33,705 nt of DNA from an uncultured virus (IMG/VR IMGVR_UViG_3300005265_000018) (Duplodnaviria > Heunggongvirae > Uroviricota > Caudoviricetes): the IMG/VR virus record IMGVR_UViG_3300005265_000018; one strand, 5' to 3'. Position 1 is the stretch's first letter. Each line of letters begins with the position of its first letter. The position numbers and the translations under genes were made by a program. Below, one piece after another: positions 11,501-19,878 of the stretch. The notes beneath the pieces were generated by a model. It ran no database searches and was not told where the DNA came from. It worked only from the letters and a program-made list of their open reading frames with translations.

Positions 11501-13113
11501 GAAAAGCCCGAAAGGTTTATATGTCGGAAGTACCAGCTTATTATAAAGGAATGTTTAATAGTATTAATCAAGCTGTTTCTGATGCCTTAAAGGCAATTAA
11601 AGGAGAAGTTTTTATATATCGCCCCGATGTACCAAGAATACCAACGGGTGGTAAAATATTAAGTAAATTCCAATTTATATCCAGATTTCTGGAAGCTGGT
11701 GATGTTTTTTTTCGTACATTAATTAGGGGTGGTGAAAAAGAGGCTCGACTGTTAAATATGTACAAAGATGGAAAGGTTATCACAGAAACGGCAATTAGGG
11801 ATGCAGAAAAATGGGCGGATGACTTGGCAGAATATTTTGTGTTTAGAAAACCTCCTGACCCAAAGAATTTAACAAAACAAGGTTATGTTTTGTCGGCAAT
11901 TGACCAAATGACTTCCTCGATGTATCAACTGCGTAAATTTCCCTTTATGAGTTGGTTTATTCCTTTTCTTCAAACTCCAATGAATATATTACGACAAGGT
12001 CTTGAGTATTCACCACTGGGTATTACCACATTAGCGGGAGCAGGTAGAAAAACAGAACAATTAGCTAAGACGTTTATTGGTTCAACTATTATGGCAGGAG
12101 GGGCATATATAGCATTTAGTGGTAATAGTACTTGGGCAGCACCAAGAGGTGCTTCGGAAAAAGAAGTTTTTTATGCTTCTGGTAAAAAGCCTTATTCAGT
12201 AAAAATAGGAGATAAGTGGGTAAATTATAGTAGGTTGGGTCCGATTAGTTACCCATTAGCTATGGCGGCGGCAATTCAATGGTATGTTAAGGAAAATCCT
12301 AAAGCAGCTACTGATACTGCATTAGAAAAAATGATTAATGTGATAGCGGGAATTGGTCAATTTTTTACTGACCAGTCTTATGTTAGTGGGTTAGGTGATT
12401 TATTGGATGCAATACGTGGAGACGTTTATGCAATTAAAAATGCAACAACCAACTTACCATCGCAACTAATACCATTATCTTCCTTACAAAAATGGGTAGC
12501 TCAATTAATTGACCCTATTTATCGTAAACCCGAAAAGGAAACAAATATCAAATCATTAATACAGAATTTACAAAAGGGCATCCCCCTTGCTAGTAAGGGG
12601 TTAGAGGCATACACTACCCCAGAGCCAGAGGCAAAACCATCCCACCGACAACGATGGAATTTATTTTTACCAGGTGATGTATCTCCTGTAGTCCCAAAAT
12701 ATGAAAAAATGTTGAAATCTTATCGTGATATTCAAAGAATGGGGGATATTTCAAAGGAAAAAAAAGAAGAAGAAAAGGAAACAGTAGAAAGCAGATATGA
12801 AGAATTGAAGGCAATGCCTCGACAGGAAAAAATTAATGAGTTTAATCGTTTAAGGGAAGAAGATCCTGAATTAGCTAAAAAAATAGCCAATTTAGTACAA
12901 GAGGAAAAATTAGGATTAACCCCAGAAGATAAGGCTATACTTAATCTTGGTGTAACTAATGGTGATAGGGCGAGATTTGTTTATAAAAAATTAATGGAAC
13001 AAAAAACTAGGGAAGAAAAAATTAAACTTTGGAATGAGTTGGTTACAAAAAAAATTATTACAAAAATAGTATCACGACAAATAATAAAATTATTAACAAA
13101 AGAAAAAGAATAA
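8592..13113 (+). CDS. Large internal virion / polyvalent-like protein (~1506 aa if joined; 1459 aa from TTG 8734), with an apparent +1 frame break at 8665-8723
   Basis: C-terminal half resembles podovirus internal virion proteins (NLLSSPRTHIVN, GDVFFR, PFLQTPMNILRQG, PYSVKIGDKWVNYSRLGP). ATG 8592 has the typical AAATTTATG context and joins the long ORF if one base is removed. Confidence 0.65.
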
Positions 13114-13117
13114 TAGT

Positions 13118-13357
13118 TTATCTTTTATTATTTTTATTACCATAGTAATATTCATCGTTAGTAAAAATTTTATCATGCAAAATTTCCTCTTCACTTCTGC
13201 CTTGATAAAAATAGTACAGAATACTTCCCCATCCAATAATTGCTAAAATTTTTATTCCTGTGCTACCGAAAGTGGTTAAAATACCAAATAAACCAACCAA
13301 TAACAATGTCCCTAAAACAATGTCCTTAATATAATCTTTTATTTCGCTGTTTTTCAT
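13118..13357 (-). CDS. Small membrane protein (2 TM)
   Basis: 79 aa with two hydrophobic stretches. Confidence 0.6.
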   Translation of the reverse strand: MKNSEIKDYIKDIVLGTLLLVGLFGILTTFGSTGIKILAIIGWGSILYYFYQGRSEEEILHDKIFTNDEYYYGNKNNKR

Positions 13358-13374
13358 ATAATTATAAGTTATTT

Positions 13375-13560
13375 TTAATCAATCACCTGTTTCCCATCCA
13401 ACCATCTCTCTAAATCACACCAAAAAACCCCACCAGGAACATATGTTTGCCCATGCATCCACTTCCAAAAATCGGTATATTCCCTTTTAGTTAAATATTT
13501 TTTTAATTGTTCATCAGGAATACATGGTATAAATGCTTTTTTTGTGTATGGTTTTCGCAT
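13375..13560 (-). CDS. Hypothetical protein
   Basis: 61 aa, co-oriented with the operon; FWKWMHGQT...DLERWL looks like a phage small-protein motif. Confidence 0.7.
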   Translation of the reverse strand: MRKPYTKKAFIPCIPDEQLKKYLTKREYTDFWKWMHGQTYVPGGVFWCDLERWLDGKQVID

Positions 13561-13580
13561 ATTGTTTATTTAATATTTTG

Positions 13581-13664
13581 TGGATGGGGTTGGATTCGAA
13601 CCAACGAAGCCCAATGGACACCAGTTTTACAGACTGGGGGATTTAACCACTCTCCCACCCATCC
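13581..13664 (-). tRNA. tRNA-Tyr (anticodon GTA), bacterial type II, CCA not encoded
   Basis: Reverse complement folds fully: acceptor GGATGGG/CCCATCC + A73, D arm GGA/TCC with GG, anticodon stem CCAGT/ACTGG with loop CTGTAAA, long variable arm, T arm GTTGG-TTCGAAT-CCAAC. Confidence 0.97.
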
Positions 13665-13979
13665 TCACACAACAACACTACCATCTATTTTTTCCACAAC
13701 TTCTTTATTGCTTCTCCCACAATAGGGACAGGTAAATTCTTTCCATCGTTTCGTAGATAGCAACGGGAAAAAATCAAGTTCAACCTTTTTTCCACAATAT
13801 TGGCATGTATAGTATGGAAATTTTGATACTTTCCGATTTCTCCGCCATGCTTTCCAAAAACAAGAACGACTACAGTAACATTGATTAAAACGTTTTAATT
13901 CAAACCATGTTCCACATTCCTTACATTTTCTTGATAAAACATAACGTCCGTCTTTTGTTGTTATCCCTTTTTCCATCAC
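13665..13979 (-). CDS. Zinc-finger protein
   Basis: CKEC...YCSRSC, then CQYC...CPYC. Confidence 0.7.
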   Translation of the reverse strand: MMEKGITTKDGRYVLSRKCKECGTWFELKRFNQCYCSRSCFWKAWRRNRKVSKFPYYTCQYCGKKVELDFFPLLSTKRWKEFTCPYCGRSNKEVVEKIDGSVVV

Positions 13980-14065
13980 GATAAAATGTTAATTAATTAC
14001 TTTTCATAATTACATTTCATCGTGTTTTTCATTTCATATATTTAATTTTCGTTTTGATGTGTTTG

Positions 14066-14356
14066 TTAATTTTTTTTCTTCTTCTTTTTTACTATTATAT
14101 AAGCAGGATAATCTTTTAGTGGATAGACTTCGGAAAATGCTTTTATTTCTACCCCCAAATAATCCATTAATAAGTTCTGTGCTTGTCTAATCGGTAGATC
14201 GTAATAATATGCTCTATATGTTTTGCGACCAAGGGGTGAGCCATAGTCATCTTCTCTTTCTTCATGCCAATACCATACCCCTATATCATTAGAAATTTTA
14301 TTAATTTTTTCTTCTAATTGTCTAATTTTTTCTTCCAGCTTTCTAATTTTTCTCAT
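14066..14356 (-). CDS. Hypothetical protein with N-terminal coiled coil
   Basis: 96-aa ORF in the operon orientation with AATTATG start context. Confidence 0.65.
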   Translation of the reverse strand: MRKIRKLEEKIRQLEEKINKISNDIGVWYWHEEREDDYGSPLGRKTYRAYYYDLPIRQAQNLLMDYLGVEIKAFSEVYPLKDYPAYIIVKKKKKKN

Positions 14357-14363
14357 AATTTTT

Positions 14364-14558
14364 TTATTTTAATTGATAATTATCTGGTATATATGTCCCC
14401 TTTTCTATTTCCTTTATTTTGTCCTTTAAATTAATTATTTGTTTTTGGGCTTCGTCCTGACTTTTCTTTATTAAATTCAATAAGCGTGCAATTTGTTGTA
14501 TTTTATATTCTTCTAAATTTTCTTCAAATTTTTTTTGAGCTCTTTATTCAATGATCAT
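14364..14558 (-). pseudogene. Coiled-coil ORF with an in-frame TAA at codon 5
   Basis: MIIE*RAQKKFEENLEEYKIQQIARLLNLIKKSQDEAQKQIINLKDKIKEIEKGTYIPDNYQLK*; internal stop at 14544-14546. Confidence 0.55.
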
Positions 14559-14580
14559 AATTTTATTGTTAGTTAATTAT

Positions 14581-14589
14581 AGTATAGCA
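14581..14589 (-). promoter_or_regulatory. Candidate extended -10 promoter (TGC-TATACT)
   Basis: Intergenic TGn-TATACT in the operon direction, upstream of the cluster containing the tRNA. Confidence 0.45.
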
Positions 14590-14593
14590 CGTT

Positions 14594-14977
14594 TTATTCC
14601 ATTCCACCAGTAGAGCCAAATTCAGCGATGATACCCTTCTGTAAAGATTGAAGGGTTTGAATTTGTTTTCCCACTATTTCCACTTCTGTCTTAGCGTCTA
14701 TCCATTTTTCCCCTTCAACACTAGCATCAGCCATTTTAGTGGCTTTAACGCTAGATAGTGGCTTACCAGTAACATCATCGTTGCTTTGTTCGTATTGAAC
14801 CACTACTTTATTATATTGTTTTATGGCATGAGCATAAGCACGATTAACATCCCCGAAATACTGTCCGAAATGGGCAATAATTTTACCCACTGCCTCAGCC
14901 CCCACACTACCGCTTTTATAGCTATCCATAAATTCCTCATATTCCTGCTGATATATTGGTTTTAGTTCTTCACTCAT
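14594..14977 (-). CDS. Helical protein, possibly a UvsY-like recombination mediator
   Basis: 127 aa, all helical, KPLSSVKATKMADAS segment; lies downstream of sbcC. The function is a weak inference. Confidence 0.4.
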   Translation of the reverse strand: MSEELKPIYQQEYEEFMDSYKSGSVGAEAVGKIIAHFGQYFGDVNRAYAHAIKQYNKVVVQYEQSNDDVTGKPLSSVKATKMADASVEGEKWIDAKTEVEIVGKQIQTLQSLQKGIIAEFGSTGGME

Positions 14978-15010
14978 AATTTTACATTTAATAATTAAAG
15001 TTGTAATTTT

Positions 15011-15163
15011 TTATACACTCCTATTTCCCATAGTTCTTCTTTTTATGGGACCCCGCCCCTTACCAGTTTGTAAGCCCCTACCTTCGCCTTTTGATCTAAT
15101 TTTTTGTCCTCCCAAACCAGCTCTATAACCAGCGGGAGTTCCTACTCTAGCTTTTGTTGTCAT
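15011..15163 (-). CDS. Small Gly/Arg/Lys-rich basic protein (50 aa)
   Basis: MTTKARVGTPAGYRAGLGGQKIRSKGEGRGLQTGKGRGPIKRRTMGNRSV*; fills the gap after sbcC, with AAAATATG start context. Confidence 0.65.
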   Translation of the reverse strand: MTTKARVGTPAGYRAGLGGQKIRSKGEGRGLQTGKGRGPIKRRTMGNRSV

Positions 15164-15187
15164 ATTTTTTTTAGTTAGTTTATTAAT

Positions 15188-17308
15188 TTATTTATTTATG
15201 GCCGATGTCCCATTTATCTTTATTATTTTTATCCTATCTTCAAATAAATTTTTAATACTCGACAAATGGCTAATACAAATTAATTGGTTGACATGTTGCT
15301 GAATTTTTATCATTGCCTCAGTAAATCCCTGAATGCTTTGTTCGTCTAGCCCCACTATAGACTCGTCCATAATGCGAAAATTACAACGCTGGGTAGTAGC
15401 CAGTCCCTCGAATATAGCTAAAGTTATTTTTATTTTTTCACCCCCACTAAAAGTTTCATAATCACTCTCCTCTCCATCGGTATTAATTACACTTATAAAT
15501 AAACCCTCAAGCACTACGTCTTTACCCATACCACCCTTTTGTGTTTCTAGTTTAATCCTAAAATCGGAAAGACCACTCAAAATGGCATTGATTTTATCTT
15601 CTAATTGGGGTAATAATATATCAATTACAATTGCTCTAACCCCATTAACCGAAAAGGCGTCTTTAATTATATTCAATACATCCATGTCTTCATTTAACTT
15701 TTTATATTCCTTTTTATGTTCCATTATCTTTTCTTTGTTTTTGTTAATAGTTTGTTTAGCAATTTCAGCCCCATTTAATTTAGATTGAATTTCTTCCAAA
15801 TCTCTTATTATTGTATTAAGTTGCTGTTCAATGTCCCTAAGTGTTTCATTTGCATCAACAATTTTTTTCTTAAGAATATCTTCATTTTTTAATTCTTCTT
15901 CTATAGTAGCTAATTCCGATTTATTTTTTAATAACTGTCCTTCCACTAATTCAAGTTCTCTTTGGTATTCTCCTATTATAGATTTATTGCTTTCCGCCTC
16001 AATTAATTGTTCTCTATATGGTTCCCGTATTTTAATATCATATTCTAATTTTTGAATAGTATCAATATCTACTTTTGGCTCTTCACCAAGAGCAATAATT
16101 TTTTGGTTATATGCCTTTCTCCTTTCTTCATATACCCTTTTTTCTTGATGTTTATTATTAATATTATAATCCAATATACTAATTCTTTCCTGTCGCCTTT
16201 TTTCCATATTGGGACAAGGCGTGCCACAGTTGGGGCATTTTTCTACATCCTCTTCCATTACTTCAATTAATTGTTTGTTTAGTTCTTCTATTTCTTTGTC
16301 ATAATCATGGGTAATGGGCAAATCAGTGGTTATTATTTTATTCATTTGTTTTTGCCAAATCATTAATTTTCGTTGCTGTTCTTTTAATTTTTCCAGTTCA
16401 GCCTTATAATCGTTTAATTCTTTAACTTTATCTTTTAATAATTTTAAATCCAATTTTTCCAGCTCATTTATTTTTTTAATTAACTCATCCTTCTTTGTAG
16501 AATTAAGTTGTAAGGTGTTTGAAATTTCACTAGCCCTTTCCCTTTTATTTTCAAGTTTACTATATTCTATCAATAAACTGTTTTTTTCTTCATTTATTTT
16601 TTTCAATTCTTTGTCTTTGGCATCCTTCCTTTCCCTTACTTCTTGTTGTTGCCGTTGATATTCTAATAACTTATTTGCCCTTTCTTGACTATTTTCGATT
16701 TCTTGCTGTCTTATTTCTATTTCTCGTTGATTGGATTGGATATTAGCTTTAATAGACGTTATCTTATCCTTAGCTTTTTGTAAATATTCATCATAATCGC
16801 CCGCCCCGATAATTTCTAAAAGAATATCCTTACGCTTGCCAGAGGATTGTTTGACAAAACTTTCCACGTTTTCCTGCATATAAAGAATAGAGTTAACAAA
16901 GAGTAAGTAAGAAGAATGTAGAATTTTTGTTTCTAGGTATTCCTGGTTACCCCTTACACCAGTGGCTTTAATTGGTTTATATTTTTCTTCAGTGGTGGTG
17001 GATTTTTCAAAAATACTAAATTCATGTCTATTTTTATCAGTAATACTTCTTTCTATTTTATATTTTGTATATGTTTCATTATCATACAACTCAAGTATCA
17101 CTTTAGCCATTCTTTTTCCCCTTTTAATTAATGCCTTATTATTGCTTCGTCCCTGTCCATATAATGCCCAACCAATAGCTTCCACTATGCTGGACTTACC
17201 ACTACCAGACAAACCATCCAAAAGCAGATGCTGTTCTGGTTTAAAAACTATTTCTGTTTTGTCATGGCTAATAAAATTATTTAACTTTAGTGATTTTAGA
17301 AGTATCAT
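15188..17308 (-). CDS. sbcC: SbcC/Rad50-like SMC ATPase (T4 gp46-like)
   Basis: LKSLKLNNFISH, Walker A GLSGSGKSS, zinc hook CPNC within a coiled coil, signature FSGGEK, Walker B IMDE, ISH switch. Start moved to ATG 17308. Confidence 0.93.
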   Translation of the reverse strand: MILLKSLKLNNFISHDKTEIVFKPEQHLLLDGLSGSGKSSIVEAIGWALYGQGRSNNKALIKRGKRMAKVILELYDNETYTKYKIERSITDKNRHEFSIFEKSTTTEEKYKPIKATGVRGNQEYLETKILHSSYLLFVNSILYMQENVESFVKQSSGKRKDILLEIIGAGDYDEYLQKAKDKITSIKANIQSNQREIEIRQQEIENSQERANKLLEYQRQQQEVRERKDAKDKELKKINEEKNSLLIEYSKLENKRERASEISNTLQLNSTKKDELIKKINELEKLDLKLLKDKVKELNDYKAELEKLKEQQRKLMIWQKQMNKIITTDLPITHDYDKEIEELNKQLIEVMEEDVEKCPNCGTPCPNMEKRRQERISILDYNINNKHQEKRVYEERRKAYNQKIIALGEEPKVDIDTIQKLEYDIKIREPYREQLIEAESNKSIIGEYQRELELVEGQLLKNKSELATIEEELKNEDILKKKIVDANETLRDIEQQLNTIIRDLEEIQSKLNGAEIAKQTINKNKEKIMEHKKEYKKLNEDMDVLNIIKDAFSVNGVRAIVIDILLPQLEDKINAILSGLSDFRIKLETQKGGMGKDVVLEGLFISVINTDGEESDYETFSGGEKIKITLAIFEGLATTQRCNFRIMDESIVGLDEQSIQGFTEAMIKIQQHVNQLICISHLSSIKNLFEDRIKIIKINGTSAINK

Positions 17309-17591
17309 TTTTTTTCTTAGGTTTATTGATAGTAATAATTCCCTCACGTTCAAAAACAGTAATAATACCAATAAGAACCATTGTTATTGCATCAATTTTT
17401 TCTTCCTTGTTTTTTTTATTTCGTAGTATATTCTCAAACGTATTTATAAGGGAGTTGCTCATACGGAAAAAAATTTTATAATTTTTGTTATTAGAAAATA
17501 TTATTTTAATATTTTGTTTTCCCGCCTCAATGGAGTCGGCAATATTTTTTGACCTATTAAGAATTTCGTCTGTCCATTTTTCTTTTTTCAT
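17277..17591 (-). CDS. Hypothetical protein
   Basis: 104 aa, overlapping its neighbours in a coupled operon. Confidence 0.6.
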   Translation of the reverse strand: MKKEKWTDEILNRSKNIADSIEAGKQNIKIIFSNNKNYKIFFRMSNSLINTFENILRNKKNKEEKIDAITMVLIGIITVFEREGIITINKPKKKNDTSKITKVK

Positions 17592-17826
17592 ATTTTTTTT
17601 TCTTAAATTTTATTTTATCAATTTTTTTAGATAAAACGGGACACACCAAATTATGTAAAATATATCCGTTTTCACGTATAGAAACTGGTATTTTTTTACC
17701 CCTTTTTAATTTAATCCAATAAACATCATCACCACAATATCGACAGGGGGAATGATAAAAATATTTTTTATTAATAGTGGCAGTTATTTTGCCACAAGCC
17801 AACTTAATAACAATTCTATTACTCAT
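17557..17826 (-). CDS. Small zinc-binding phage protein
   Basis: CRYC..VYW...GKKIPV...HNLVCP. Confidence 0.65.
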   Translation of the reverse strand: MSNRIVIKLACGKITATINKKYFYHSPCRYCGDDVYWIKLKRGKKIPVSIRENGYILHNLVCPVLSKKIDKIKFKKKKYEKRKMDRRNS

Positions 17827-18127
17827 TCTTTTTTTTCTTTAATTGCTCAATGGCAATTTGTTTAAGGAGTGATTCGATATCCGAATTATCCAAAAGCGTG
17901 CTTTTGTCGTCTAACCATTTGATAATATCCTTTTTGTCCTTAGGATTAATAAATTCAATTTCCTCTAATCGTTCTTTAATAACTTTTTTAGTTGCATCAA
18001 TGTCATCCTTTTTAATAACCGAAACTACCCGACTAACACCTGTTTGAGTGCTAATAAAAATTTCCTTATTACAATGAGGACATGTATATGCCTCTATGCG
18101 TTTAACAATTTTTAATGTGTCATCCAT
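17819..18127 (-). CDS. Hypothetical protein with a CPHC motif
   Basis: 102-aa ORF in the operon. Confidence 0.65.
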   Translation of the reverse strand: MDDTLKIVKRIEAYTCPHCNKEIFISTQTGVSRVVSVIKKDDIDATKKVIKERLEEIEFINPKDKKDIIKWLDDKSTLLDNSDIESLLKQIAIEQLKKKKNE

Positions 18128-18131
18128 AAAT

Positions 18132-18452
18132 TTATTTCTTATAATTATTATTCCAATACTCTAAAATTTCTTTTAAATATTTGATAAGTTTTTTAATTTC
18201 ATTCCTGTTAACTAACACACCATAATTTTCATATTCCCCATCCCGTAATATTCGCCAAGCAATTTTTATTCTATCCCTTAAACGAGATATTTGGCTTGCC
18301 CCAATGGTGGCATAAAGTTCGTCTATTTCATCTTCGTTTTTTTCGTCAACCATCCTTTCCCATATTAAAAATTGTAAATAATGCCTACCTTCACAACTAC
18401 ATTGAATATGACACCTTTTTTTTGGTATTATTATTTTTTTAATTATTTTCAT
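18132..18452 (-). CDS. Hypothetical protein
   Basis: 106 aa; CSC...H and RIKIAWRIL motifs. Confidence 0.65.
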   Translation of the reverse strand: MKIIKKIIIPKKRCHIQCSCEGRHYLQFLIWERMVDEKNEDEIDELYATIGASQISRLRDRIKIAWRILRDGEYENYGVLVNRNEIKKLIKYLKEILEYWNNNYKK

Positions 18453-18757
18453 AAATTATGTTTGACCGCCCTCCATAAATTGTCGCAAATAACATCTGGT
18501 CTAAAATAATAATCTTCACTATACCAATGAGGTCTAGCATGTTTTAATTCTCCCAATGGTGCCTCTACTGCCTCTACAACTAATTTTGTCCAATGCCGAC
18601 CTAAAAATTTTATCATTTGACCAATGGTAAGGAGCGGCTTAATTCTCTGTGTGGTGGATGGAAAAATTGTCTTATCTTTATAAATAAATTGATAAATTAT
18701 TCCATATTCTTTGGTGGTTAATTCATTTAATTGTTTTTGTGTTATTCGTTGTTTTAT
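18449..18757 (-). CDS. Phage hypothetical protein (102 aa) with an ATA start, missed by the ORF track
   Basis: (M)KQRITQKQLNELT...PLLTIGQMIKFL...ICDNLWRAVKHNL*. Its TGA overlaps the next ATG (ATGA); an in-frame TAA lies three codons upstream of the ATA. Confidence 0.7.
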   Translation of the reverse strand: MKQRITQKQLNELTTKEYGIIYQFIYKDKTIFPSTTQRIKPLLTIGQMIKFLGRHWTKLVVEAVEAPLGELKHARPHWYSEDYYFRPDVICDNLWRAVKHNL

Positions 18758-18793
18758 ATTATTTTATTAAATTTAAGCATTTCGATTAATTGG

Positions 18794-18952
18794 TTATTTT
18801 TCTTCATTTTCGTCCTCAAGGGGGGTTGATGATGAAGCAGTAGATGTGGTAATAGAATGATAACAATGACGAATAGAACGGCATGAAAGAACTAAAAAAA
18901 ATAGTATCAAAAAGAGTACCACTAAAAGGATTGACAATAGTAATAGCATCAT
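18794..18952 (-). CDS. Small single-pass membrane protein (52 aa)
   Basis: MMLLLLSILLVVLFLILFFLVLSCRS...EDENEEK*; ATGA overlap with the resolvase stop. Confidence 0.55.
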   Translation of the reverse strand: MMLLLLSILLVVLFLILFFLVLSCRSIRHCYHSITTSTASSSTPLEDENEEK

Positions 18953-19323
18953 ATTATTTTATTAAACTTAAGCATTTTAATTAATTCGTAAAAATCTTTT
19001 TTTTCCATTATGACATATTCTCCTCGATGTGGAATTTTTTGAAATATTACGTTATAATTCTCATTTTGTGGCATAACCACCAAGTCATTAACGGGAGATG
19101 CAAAATTATTTCTGCACTTACATTGGATATTAAAAGGATCAGTAAAGACCAGATCAATACCCATAGCATCTAAATTCTTGCTTTCAGATCTGGAGGTCTT
19201 GCAACGAAGCCATCCCATTTCCCTAAACTGTTTAGCTATTCGTACTTCATAATTATTGCCACGCTTGCGTATGCTTCTGCCAGCGTGTTTTTTACTTCTT
19301 TTAGTGTTTCCCCTTTTAATCAT
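18949..19323 (-). CDS. Holliday junction resolvase (Hjc-like PD-(D/E)xK nuclease)
   Basis: RKRGNNYEVRIAKQF...G...GIDL...NIQCK. Confidence 0.75.
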   Translation of the reverse strand: MIKRGNTKRSKKHAGRSIRKRGNNYEVRIAKQFREMGWLRCKTSRSESKNLDAMGIDLVFTDPFNIQCKCRNNFASPVNDLVVMPQNENYNVIFQKIPHRGEYVIMEKKDFYELIKMLKFNKII

Positions 19324-19598
19324 ATAACATTATCATGAAAATTCTTTTGAATATATTGATTTATTTTCTTTAAATTCTTTTCATTTACCAATTTTAGATT
19401 TATCTTTTCTCTAAAAATATAAAACTCTTCTTTCTTTTTTGTTAAAAATCTAATCTCTTCATCTGAACCTATGCCATTACCATCTACTTGGTCCCAAATT
19501 TCCACTCGTCCACCAATATAATCTTTATATTTAGGATTATAAATATACTCTTCCACCACATTAAGAAAATAACGCTTGTTGTCCTTGTTTTTTTCCAT
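19320..19598 (-). CDS. Hypothetical protein
   Basis: 92 aa; ATGA coupling to the resolvase gene. Confidence 0.65.
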   Translation of the reverse strand: MEKNKDNKRYFLNVVEEYIYNPKYKDYIGGRVEIWDQVDGNGIGSDEEIRFLTKKKEEFYIFREKINLKLVNEKNLKKINQYIQKNFHDNVI

Positions 19599-19773
19599 TT
19601 TGATTTTTAATTATGTCTATAAAAAATTGTTGTGGCCAGAATAACCACTTCTCATCAGTCAAAGAATAAAAACCAAATTCTTTTTCGCCCACCACATTGC
19701 CCCAATATTCTACATTTTTATCAATATTATTACCTAAAATTTGTTCTAATTGTTTGGGGGTAGCCTTAATCAT
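19561..19773 (-). CDS. Hypothetical protein
   Basis: 70-aa ORF in the operon. Confidence 0.55.
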   Translation of the reverse strand: MIKATPKQLEQILGNNIDKNVEYWGNVVGEKEFGFYSLTDEKWLFWPQQFFIDIIKNQNGKKQGQQALFS

Positions 19774-19878
19774 AATGGAGTTACTTTAATAAATTCGCAA
19801 TTTTTAGAACCAACTTTACCAATTAATAAATAATGTATCTTTTTCTGGTTAAAAATTCCAAAAAATTTTTTATAAATT

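Noticed and set aside
13100..13130. Terminator between the convergent gene blocks
   Set aside because: Only 4 nt separate the stop codons and I see no convincing hairpin.
13118..13357. 2-TM protein as a holin
   Set aside because: Opposite strand from the late genes and no adjacent endolysin.
13581..13664. tRNA as an amber suppressor indicating TAG recoding
   Set aside because: The anticodon is GTA, not CTA, and long genes are intact in the standard code.
13507..13725. 72-aa plus-strand ORF
   Set aside because: Antisense shadow of the tRNA and its flanking genes.
19770..19878. Open frame ...KKFFGIFNQKKIHYLLIGKVGSKNCEFIKVTPL* ending in an ATGA overlap
   Set aside because: No start codon in frame; possibly a gene relic, but too short to support.
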